Source: Priapulus caudatus (Eukaryota). Taken from it: 28,108 bases of DNA. The translations under genes were made by a program, and so were the position numbers. The notes below the pieces were generated by a model, which made no database searches, was not told the DNA's origin, and worked only from the letters and a program-made list of their open reading frames with translations. The stretch is from NCBI RefSeq assembly GCF_000485595.1, contig NW_014577078.1:453773-481880 (forward strand). Direction: 5' to 3'. This document shows positions 9,938 through 19,259 of the stretch, piece after piece (position 1 is the stretch's first letter; each line of letters opens with the position of its first letter).

Positions 9938-11116
9938 TGTGGAGATTTCGGGGGTGTGTAACTCACAAGAGCAGTAGACTAGATCCGGATGGATAGATTG
10001 AACTCACAGTATAGATGGAATAGCCATATATTGACTAAAGAGAGGATAAAATATAGACCGCACATAAATATATCAAAACGCACGTTCATGGGCGCAGCCA
10101 TCTTGGATCAGGCTATCACTGCTACTGCTATGGTCGGGGAAAACAAGGAGTGTTTACGCGAAAAGCGATAACGCGATAAATAGAATAGAATAAGCAACGC
10201 GGTTATGTACTAGTGGTCAACATGATATATGAGGAGATTGGATTAGAATAAATTGTCTTAGTTGTCGGAGAGAGGAATATTTACTTAGAAACGAGTTACA
10301 TAAGATGATGCAATCATGGTACCAGCCACGGCTTGCGTCACGAGGTGAAAGCGATTGCACCAGCGAACGAAATCGGCGGGTGTTTTGACAACGCGTGCAA
10401 AACAACGGCACATAGGGGGCGTTGCCAGCTAGGTATATAAGGCGCACCAAATCGCAGCACGAGAGCATTATTTTTCAGGTTAGGTTTAGGTAGGAAGAAG
10501 AAGAGAAAGAAGGAGAAGAAGAAAAGCGTTATGTTTCAGGTCTAAGTAGGAAGAAGAAGAAGAAGAAGAAGAAGGGGACAAAGAGAAAGAGGGAGAAAGC
10601 ATTTTAGGTCTCGAGGAGTGAGATAACGGAGGGACGAGAAGCACGGGTTTTCAGGAAGGAAAGAAGACTACAGGGAAAAGGAGGGATCAGCCGGGATCTT
10701 TCACTACAGGTGGAGAAGAACGGGATTTCAGTTAGGTGGAGCCAGGAGCGACTACGAGGGAGACACCCGTGGAGGCTGCCTAGGTCTACGCGAAGCAAGG
10801 ACGACCGTGAGAGAGGAAGACGAAGCCGGCGACGCGTTAATGCTGTAATATTAGATGAGATAGATATAGGATCCGATGCATATACGAATGCAGGGGAATT
10901 ATTTGTAAACTAGTAGAAAGCAATAAAACTATAACCGTACAGTTAAATGAATCTAACTGTGTTCTGTTCCACTGGTACTACCTGTTATTTGCTACGGGCA
11001 TCACCGTCCTGCCTAATATACCGGCAGGAGCGAACACTGAATCCAAACAACTAGGACGCGCGTTATTTATATAATGCCTGTCGTACCGTAGTCGCTACCC
11101 TTAGGGCCATTACACA
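9938..11116 (+). mobile_element. 3' LTR of the Gypsy element (alternative 5' boundary 9955)
   Basis: TGT follows the purine-rich GAAGTTGGGGGAG; alternatively TGTGTAA at 9955 pairs with TTACACA at 11110-11116. TATATAA at 10434-10440 and AATAAA at 10922-10927. Confidence 0.7.
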
Positions 11117-11378
11117 AGCAATGCGAGCACTGCATGTGTTTGCCAGCTAGAGGGGTGAGGGGGCATATATTGCCCCCTCCAGAATTTTTTTTATAAAATG
11201 TGCAATTTGGTGCATTCTAAGCTATTCTGAACACATTGTATGAGACTTTCCAACAGTGATTTTCTTTTTAAGAGTGATTTTCGTCAGCGAGGCGGTGTTT
11301 TGGACAAATTTCTATGTGGCGGCTGAGAATTTGAGCGAGGCGTCCCGCCTCGCTCGTGTCAATGCAGGGGAAACCCTG
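11117..11378. mobile_element. One half of a hAT-type MITE, apparently the target into which the Gypsy inserted
   Basis: Ends ...GGGGAAACCCTG (reverse complement CAGGGTTTCCCC, hAT-like TIR). Contains the ggggcat...gccccc hairpin and the gcaatttggtgcattct motif common in such MITEs. Confidence 0.5.
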
Positions 11379-12026
11379 GGTTGTCTATGAATGCAAATGC
11401 ACTTCACTCGGTCATTTATACACGCACGCAGTTATACTGGTTTCCTGGTGCTCTACTATGCGGCGCTGGCATACATGATTAAGCATCATTTTAGCAGGTT
11501 TATTATTTCCGTGATTTTCTGCAATAAGATATAAGCAAAAGACCAACTAAAATATGTGAAAAATACATACCGATGGGTATGATGTACGGTACCGTCTGGC
11601 AGAATTCTGTCTGCCGACACGTAGTATAGCTCCGGGAAAACACCGACAAACTGTTTACATTTTTTATATTAGTGTTCCACTGCCTATGATTAGGCAGTGG
11701 AGATATTTCTATGGTATTTGAACAAATAAACACAAAACAAGGCTAGTTTTATTAGATTTCCTGCTGGTGAAATAAGGTAAATTACTTATTACAATTTCTT
11801 ACAAAAACACGTTAAGGTCAGCAATAAATTGTTCATTTTAAGGGGTCAGTGGGGTGACCCCAAACATGGTATATTTTTTTTTGGCTTAAGCACGTACATT
11901 GAATAAAGTATTACTCACGTGATGAAGTGTTATTTGTATATTCAAAACTTCTCGGACCACCTAACCTAGTGCCCTCTTGGCATTGTTAATTTTCACTGAG
12001 TCATACATATTTCCATTTTCTACCAG

Positions 12027-12189
12027 ATCTCATTTAACCCACAAGGTACCAAGGTCTTGACGGCAAGTGCAGACAAAACGGCACGGTTATGGAGCCCAGA
12101 CACTGGAGAGTGTACACAGATACTAGAAGGTCATGTGGATGAAATCTTCAGCTGTGTGTTTAACTATGAAGGAGACACCATCATCACAG
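12027..12189 (+). CDS. DAW1: DAW1 penultimate coding exon (not in ORF track)
   Basis: ttctaccag|ATC TCA TTT AAC CCA CAA GGT ... ATC ACA G|gtatat. Encodes [54 protein letters not shown] and joins in phase 0 to the exon ending at 3541. Confidence 0.93.
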
Positions 12190-12723
12190 GTATATAAGCT
12201 TGCACATGAGATGAGTTATGTGAGTTTGTTTTGATTTGTAGTTTTCTTACACATTTCAGGTCATACTATGCAGCTATCAGGCATTTTTGCTCACATGCTT
12301 AGAGCAGCTCATTCATGACAAATTAAGGCAATCTGCCCACGCAGCTGTCAACAATACTAACAAATTTTCCATAAAGCATGCTTTACTTATCTTGAGGTAT
12401 ACCCTCACTTGATTGATCAACACATAAACTGTCCCCGTAACCTTAAAAACAAGCATTGTGCGAATATTCCAGCAGTCCATAACTGTAGTAAATGATTCCA
12501 TATTAATTATAGCAGAAGTTAGTGGTACTATAGAAACAAGGGCAGGTGGGAGTTGGGTCTTAAATGTACGTGACAAAGACCATTCTAAGCCAGAGTGCAT
12601 TTCATTCCTTAGCTTAAGGCAGTAGTCACAATATTAGAGCACAATTCTCAATGACATCACCTGCAATCTTTTTATATTGTACATATGGTCAATGTTTAGG
12701 GTCAATGGGCAACGTTTAGTGGC

Positions 12724-12976
12724 GCTGAGATGGTCTATGTCCCCCAGGGTACTGCCGGAATGTACCCTGGTACTATCTAATATGCCGGACCGTACCTCTC
12801 CTACTCCACTAACGAGTCTAGGGAGTTGCCTACGCCTACTCCCTAACCCTAACCCTAACCCCAACCCTAACCCTAATCCTAACCATATCAAATAGTTACC
12901 AGGGTACGTTCCAGTATACCGTACCGTACCCAGGGTACGTTCCGGCAGTCCCCTGGGGGACATAGACCCTATGAGC
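12724..12976 (+). mobile_element. Mutator(MULE)-like MITE with internal telomeric repeats, copy 1
   Basis: ~45-bp imperfect TIRs (GCTGAGATGGTCTATGTCCCCCAGGGTACTGCCGGAA... / ...TTCCGGCAGTCCCCTGGGGGACATAGACCCTATGAGC). Perfect 9-bp TSD TTTAGTGGC at 12715-12723 and 12977-12985. (CCCTAA)n at ~12841-12884. Confidence 0.88.
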
Positions 12977-13347
12977 TTTAGTGGCTGTATGACCATATGT
13001 CGCCAGATGTGTCTTTTTAGCATTGATATACATGTTTCACAAACACTGCGGATGATACAGACACCCTGTAATAGTAGTTATAGTGTCATGATTTAGATGC
13101 TGCCAGCAGAACAATTGCCAATAATCTGTATAGTGGCTGTTTGGAATTTTGTGCTGCCACTTAGTAAATCTGTACGGTGTAAGCCATCTCTGAAGTTTTT
13201 CCTCACCCCTCACGGTTTCAGTGACACTGGTTTATACAGTTTTAGTACAAATCCGGCTCTTGTTGCTAGGTGTCCTAAAACGTTTTGATTTTATGATCAA
13301 ATTGTAACAAAATGCTTTAATTGTAAATCATACTTTTTCTTCTTCAG

Positions 13348-13382
13348 GGAGTAAAGACAACACATGTCGAGTTTGGAAATGA
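13348..13382 (+). CDS. DAW1: DAW1 last coding exon (not in ORF track)
   Basis: ttttcttcttcag|GG AGT AAA GAC AAC ACA TGT CGA GTT TGG AAA TGA encodes (G)SKDNTCRVWK*, the canonical DAW1 C-terminus. Confidence 0.92.
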
Positions 13383-14132
13383 TGAGAAAATTTTGGTTTT
13401 TGCGAAGTGGTTGCAGCAGCGTTTCTATTCACCTGCATGTTTCACTGTTTAAGCATGACTGTTCCCAGTACTAATATCTATACCTTAGTATATAAGTTTA
13501 TTTTGAATTATGTATTATTTTATAATAATTTCTTCCTGAAACTTCTTAGCTCTTTTGAGATATTAAATGAAACATAAGCATTTGATGGCACAAGGAAACG
13601 GCAGGACATCACTCACATTTTGATTAAAATTCATTAGATAAGTATTAGTAAAGAATACAATAACATCGAGCTAAATATACTTCTTGACAGCCATATTCAG
13701 GTTAATCGATTAAAAAATGCACAGGCTGATTGAGTTTGACAAGGCTGTAATACAATAGTGTTTAAATGATGTTATTCATTCTGCACATTTTATGGCATTG
13801 TTGTAAGCACGTTTATAATAGTGTAATTATATGAATTATATGTTTGCAAAAGTGCTAAATCTAATATCTAATATCTATATAACGCTGCAAAAACCAGGGT
13901 TAACTTTTTTTCATACGTTATCTATATGCTTTAATGTGCATTTGTTGCATTTTTTGTAAGTGCAAAAGTCATCTCAGCTCGTGGTTAGAAAATGTCAAAA
14001 ACTATGCTGGGTATTTAACATCTGGTAATGTTCTATTCTTGTAGTTTAAGTGTAACCCCTGTAATCTTTTTCTTTAACCTCTATAGACTCACAGTTAACT
14101 CAGTCATGTCCTTCTGTATGTGTAATCAGTAA

Positions 14133-14138
14133 AATAAA
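14133..14138 (+). terminator. Candidate DAW1 polyadenylation signal
   Basis: AATAAA ~750 bp after the stop, at the end of an AT-rich UTR-like stretch. Confidence 0.4.
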
Positions 14139-15545
14139 TAATGTCACTCTTGCAGTAGCAGTAAGTTGCATAAGTCCACCATCTATGACGTTTACCCTGT
14201 TATGTCTTGTCGGAAGAACAATAACTGATCAAGAGAATGTTTAATACAACTTAATTAACTCAGAAAACACTGCATTACAGCTATGGCGGCTAGAGCTGTT
14301 ACAAAACGTCCCTGCGTGTACCAAACACTGCAAGCCAGTTTTACCACAAAGCGAGTGCAACGCACACCTGCGTTGCGGCTTGACCTACTTTGTAGAAGCC
14401 AAACCAGATGAGAGACCGGATACCAGAGGAAGAGTTTGCCTGAGAGGTGTTGATACGCTGCTCGCTAAGCGCGAATCTTGCGCGCAGTTCCGCGCACAGG
14501 CGCCACGCGACCGCGGAACGTCCTACGAAAGTATCACGCGCCGCTGCAGCTTTTGATCCCGTGCGCCAATCGAAAGGCCGGCGCACGGATCAATTGCTGC
14601 CAGCGAACAGTCTCGAATTTTAGCGGGTCTAATTCACTAGCAAACATATGCACAACACCATCGCGCAGCCTAATAGCGATTTTCACGTGACGTTCATAGA
14701 TCACGGTCACTTGTATTTGTTATGTGTTCGTGGTTGGCAGAAGCAAAGCCGTGCTGCTTGACATTACAGATGAATGACCACATGTTCTGATAGAAAGCGC
14801 CTGTTTATGGCGTGCACGTACACGTGCTGCTGTGCGTGGGCGTGCGCTGCGGAGCGTACACGTGCGTGCATGCGTGCGTGCACGAACTTAACGTGCTGTG
14901 CCGTGAGCGCTGAGCAGTGAGAGGCAGTGGCGAGTATCCCTGAGCTGATGCCCGAGCCTGCGCTCCGCGCTGTGTATTCCTTGCGTCAGGAAGGCGGCAG
15001 CAAGCCGGTCGTGATCATCGTCCGAGCTGGAGCTGTGATCCTTCGAGTAGACTTCAGGACCGGAGCTCCGCTACACCCTACCATGGTCAGCTAGCAGCTA
15101 GAGAGCAGTAGGGGAGGGTGCAGAGCTTCCCTGACTGAGGCCAACTGGCTCTGTGTTGCTTTGGAGCTTGGACGCCGCAGCTTATATACAGCCGTTGGGA
15201 CAACCACGCTGGTTAGCAGTCTAAGTGACCCCAGTGTTGGAACCCCTGCAGGCTGCTCCAGTCCACATTACAACTGATAGGGTCAAGTGGTGCAGCAAAG
15301 GCTTTCCTTTCCCAATCCGTCCTGGCTGCCCACGTGGCTACGAAGCCGTACGTGTCTTCAAGGTGTGCAAGTAATTGCCTGACGCATGCTAGCTATGTGT
15401 AATGTTGTACAAGCGGGTCGAATTCGCTACCACATGAAACATCAGCTATTGCATTGAGCAATCACTGAAAGAACTTGCCTCCGTCAATCCACAGGCGAAC
15501 GGCGAAATACTACCAGCTGTGCCTGATAGCTCCCAAATCCCATGA

Positions 15546-15731
15546 GTGTGCGCGAGCATGAAGTGTGCGTGCGTGCACTGGGCAGTACATCGTGCGTAGG
15601 GCGTGCACGTCGCGTGTGGTGGTGCATCGTGACAGCGTGCGTCGGTGCGTCCGTGTGTTGCATGTACCGTGCGTGCGTGCATGCATGTGCACGTAGACGT
15701 GCGTGCGTGCGTGCGTGCGTGCGTGCGTAGA

Positions 15732-15762
<31 letters not shown>

Positions 15763-15892
15763 ACGTACACGTGCGTGCGTGCGTGCGCACGTACACGTGC
15801 GTGCATGCGTGCGTGCATGAGTGTGTGTGTGCACGTACACGTGCGTGCGTGCGTGCGTGCGTGCGTGCGTACGTACACGTGCGTGCGTGCGC
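15546..15892. repeat. (GCGT)n / GCACGTACACGT compound microsatellite; a degenerate related block lies at ~14810-14900
   Basis: Read directly; explains the HART/RACV low-complexity ORFs. Confidence 0.95.
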
Positions 15893-15983
15893 TTGTATCG
15901 AACAATATCACGCATCTGCTTGCTACCAACCGTAATATGGATAAACAGAAAAATACAGAAAACAAGAAAATAATTAAAAAACA

Positions 15984-16049
15984 GACGGGATTCGATCCAA
16001 CGACATTTCAGCAGTGTCGTCTCTGCTCTATGCGTTCAGCTATCGAGGC
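15984..16049 (-). other. Degenerate tRNA-derived (SINE head-like) Pol III promoter segment
   Basis: Minus strand GCCTCGA-TAGCTGAACGCATAGAGC...GTTGGATCGAATCCCGTC has A-box-like and B-box-like motifs at tRNA spacing, but no intact cloverleaf. Confidence 0.5.
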
Positions 16050-16539
16050 ATTGAGGTTTTGTGTTATGGATGTGCCTTAAATACACTGGGGCGTCATTGA
16101 GGAGTTTGAGGCACATGATTTGTATCAACCAATGGGATTTGCGAGGGCATCGTCACCGAGTAAACATCGTGAGTGGCATGCGGTGGGCGTAGTCATTGAG
16201 GTAATTAAGGTTATTTCAGTTTTATTATAGTTTTTCGTGCGCTTTTAGATGCCAAAAATTTTCAACGATGTTACGATGACATGCTTACCAGCAAACGCTG
16301 TGTCAAGTCAGTCACTGTTGCCCACGAATTCAGACTAAGCGAATTCCCAGTGAATTCCCATAATGTAATTCCCTGTTTTGTATTTAATGGCCAATAGGGG
16401 GACCGTGCCGCTGCAAATTTGAACTGACACCTGCGGTGAAAAGACGGACTAACTGATTTCACAGAAATAGAAAATAAAGTGAATTATATCACTTCCTCCC
16501 CTCTAATTGGGAACCATCTATCACAATATTCTACGATTT

Positions 16540-17580
16540 GTAAAATTCTAGTCACCGTCTAACTCGTCCCACGACAGGTTCGGGGTTAGGAAGTATCTCA
16601 CGTGCTGTATAGTGTTAACCTTGCATTCACCACATTGCGGCTGAACGTCATGTGAACTCATTCTTGGCTGTAGTTGATTTACATGTACGTGTCCAAACAC
16701 CGTGATCTGTCTGGACGCTGACTAACACTTGCCCAATAGTTTTATGACAGTTCCCGGCACCCACTACTGTCCGCAGGTGTAGTTTCGTGCATAAACTAAT
16801 GATTCAATGTCAGAACAATGTTTACCTCTAATTGTTAATGTGATCCTCCCGAATAGCTTCCTGTGGCCACTGTAGTGACAGTAGATTTCTAAGTTAACAC
16901 CCTTCAGCAGGCGATTTCCCCGCCAACCCAAGATGTGGCGAGCACAGGTACGTGGCTAAGAATAGACTAATTGCATCTATTAATCTCGCTCCTCCCGCAA
17001 GTTCGCTTCTCCAGTTTTAATAGAGTGAACAAAACGCTCTGCTTTCTCATTCCAGGCAGGGTGGAACTGTGGCGAGGTGACATGTTGAATGCCCAGTTGC
17101 ACACAGATTTCCTCGAACTCGTGTGAAACAATTTGGGGCCCGTTGTCTGTTACAATCTTATCCGGGAATCCCTCTTTAGTGAAGATTTGTTTCAACACAT
17201 CGACTGTGTCACGTGATATTGTTTTACCAAGGCTCAACATGGTGACCTATACAAACTAAGTGAGCATCAATGCAAACTAGTTACCTTTTCCCCTTATAAA
17301 GGCCTGCAAAATATAGCTGATTTCGTTGCCATGGCTTCTCTGTTTGTGGCCACTCTTGAAACGTTTTGTTTGGCAGTTTAGCTGACAAACGACACGTACG
17401 GCTCGCAGCACTAGACGAGTTTCTCAATATCTTGGCTAATGTCTGGCCACCACACATAGTGACGGGCCATTTGCGTCATTTGCATCATTCCCTAGTGTGC
17501 CTATGAAATAGGCCAAGTACCTTCTTTCGCAGTGAGAACGATACAACAATACGAGTGTAAGCACATAGTCCATGATCCTG
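16540..17580 (-). pseudogene. Older Gypsy-type integrase relic
   Basis: MTQMARHYVWWPDISQDIEK (zinc-binding region) and LKQIFTKEGFPDKIVTDNGPQIVSHEFEEIC...HVTSPQFHPAWNEKAERFV (rve core). Many stops and frameshifts; boundaries approximate. Confidence 0.8.
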
Positions 17581-18575
17581 TAGCGTTGGTCGGTACCATC
17601 CGGGGGGAATAATTCTTATTGTGATTTTTGGCAAAGTAACAGCATCTCTTTATCAGTCAAACTTTAACATTGAAATTTGTCCCACCTTTTGCTAGGATCA
17701 TTTGCTTCTCAACAAAATGTGCTAAACATGCCTAGGTTGAAAAGTATGTCATTGGTGACAATTATAGTATCGGTACCTATTTCCTGTGTGATAAATTATA
17801 CCATCTTTAGAGGAGGATTTGTCTATCATTTATTGTAGAAAAGTAAGTAAAAGTTCTGGAACATAATTATATGGGTTTGTACCAAATTTATTAAGAAATC
17901 CACAAATCTAAATTTCTTTTGTGTATGTTATATATTAAGACCAGTATAGCAGAATCCTTTCCTAGAAGCAAACAAAAGTAAATGATAGCATGTTCATGAA
18001 CAAGATTAATATTTTTTTCCTATATTTCCTAAAAAAATACAGAATTTTAGGGATTTAAATACTCAATAATGCACATATGAAGGTATCAAACACCTGTATT
18101 ACACAATATAAACCAATAAGACAGTAGTAAGATGGTTAATCATGTGCAATCTGATGAATGAGTCAAAGGTGAAAATGAAACAATCTTCTGTTGTATGACT
18201 TAAAATTACAGAATAGAAAAACAAATGTGGTGTTCCACGCTACCAAGGCCATTACCTAGGTCTGTGTTCAAGATGAACTTAAAAATCATAATCATTATCC
18301 AGTTCTTCAATATCCTCATCTGCACTTTCCCCATCATCTAACTCAAAGATGGATGCCTGGTTCTCACAGTCTGGCAGTCTGCACATATCCGTGCATTTCA
18401 GTCCGTTTGACAAACACATTTTGGTAGTAAACACTTTCGTGTACAATTGCAGGCCAATAAATCAAGGACCGCCTCATGTGCTGGCTGACCATGCAGTGCA
18501 CCACCACAGTTACTGGTCATCTCCTTCCTTCTCAATCTTCCATCCCCGGCCAACAGGACTTGGTACTTTGGACTT
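17581..18575 (-). mobile_element. 3' end of an Academ-like DNA transposon (Cys-rich C-terminal domain relic at ~18279-18570)
   Basis: Frameshifted translation KVPSPVGRGWKIEKE...GQPAHEAVLDLLACNCTRKCLLPKC.CLSNGLKCTDMCRLPDCEN plus an acidic tail and stop at 18279. A terminus-like TAGCGTTGGTCGGTACC at 17581 sits where the Gypsy relic stops. The superfamily call is from recall of the Academ Cys8 finger. Confidence 0.55.
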
Positions 18576-18775
18576 GGTAGTATTGTTTACGATTTGGGAA
18601 AGGCTGCAAAATCGAACACGTCATTTTCAGTTGTAATCAAGAAGTCAGAGAAGTCACATCTCTGCATAAATTATCTACTCTACAATATCTACAAGCATGG
18701 CTCCAAAGAAGAAGGCAGTCAACAAGTTGATGATAGATTGAGATTTGCAGGATTTTTATATACTTTTTGCCAAAA

Positions 18776-19083
18776 AATCGTAAGGACTCGTAATTACTCG
18801 TACCTATTCGTAACAACACGTAAACAGGTCGTAACTAACACGTAAAAGCTTCGATGAATCGTAACATTCTGTAATATATCCGTGACAACTCTTAACAAAT
18901 CGTGGAATTTTGCCGTAAATACATCGTAATAACTCGTAATAATCAGTAATAAACCGTAAATAGCTCGTAATAACACGTAAATCGCTCGTAACAGTGGCCA
19001 AATCGTAAGGATCCGTGTACTTTTACGAATTTGTGCGATCCGTAAGGACTCGTAAGAAAAATCCGTGTATGTGAAGGGGGTAT
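18776..19083. mobile_element. MITE arm with dense CGTAA subrepeats (Harbinger-like end)
   Basis: Many TCGTAA/CCGTAA/ACGTAA motifs ending ...GTATGTGAAGGGGGTATAA. Only one terminus is seen. Confidence 0.45.
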
Positions 19084-19178
19084 AAGTAGCTTGGGCATAA
19101 TATCTATGGGAAAAGCCAGGTAGTTGGCATTTTAGCCGAATGGCACTGAGGGTGGTCACAGCCAGTTTTTTGCGCCCT

Positions 19179-19259
19179 CAGTGGTTCTTTTACGTCCCCA
19201 TTGGCCTTAGTATTACTGGAGACGGGACCGCCATTTTACGTGCTCATCCGAGCCACGGG
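19179..19259 (-). mobile_element. SINE central-domain fragment (Deu/Nin-domain-like)
   Basis: Minus strand TCGGATGAGCACGTAAAATGGCGGTCCCGTCT...GGACGTAAAAGAACC resembles the conserved Deu/Nin core as I recall it. Confidence 0.55.

Larger units (their letters stand above)
4290..11116 (+). mobile_element. 5'-truncated Ty3/Gypsy LTR retrotransposon (pol, extra 3' ORF, PPT, 3' LTR) in DAW1 intron 3542-12026, same orientation as the host gene
   Basis: Domain order PR-RT-RNaseH-INT is diagnostic of Gypsy. PPT at ~9924-9937 and LTR with TG...CA ends. No gag, PBS or 5' LTR is present. Confidence 0.9.
14335..16230 (-). mobile_element. Putative non-autonomous Helitron-like element with (GCGT)n array
   Basis: Minus-strand start CTATAATAAAAC at 16230 next to an A-run. 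GC-rich hairpin GCAACGCA-CACC-TGCGTTGC (14357-14376) near the other end. No TIR or TSD; the terminal CTAG is not cleanly seen. Confidence 0.4.

Noticed and set aside
11480..11975. Possible DNA-transposon remnant before the DAW1 exon
   Set aside because: Terminus-like composition, but no pair, TSD or coding motif to support a call.
12841..12884. True telomere or chromosome fusion site
   Set aside because: The repeats are short and internal to a MITE with TIRs and TSDs that is present twice.
15131..15160. Hammerhead ribozyme core (CTGA..GAGGCC)
   Set aside because: No GAAA after stem II, and the required stems are absent.
15984..16049. Functional tRNA gene
   Set aside because: Degenerate B-box and no complete acceptor or anticodon stems.
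15446..16080. HART/RACV-rich ORFs
   Set aside because: Translations of the (GCGT)n microsatellite.
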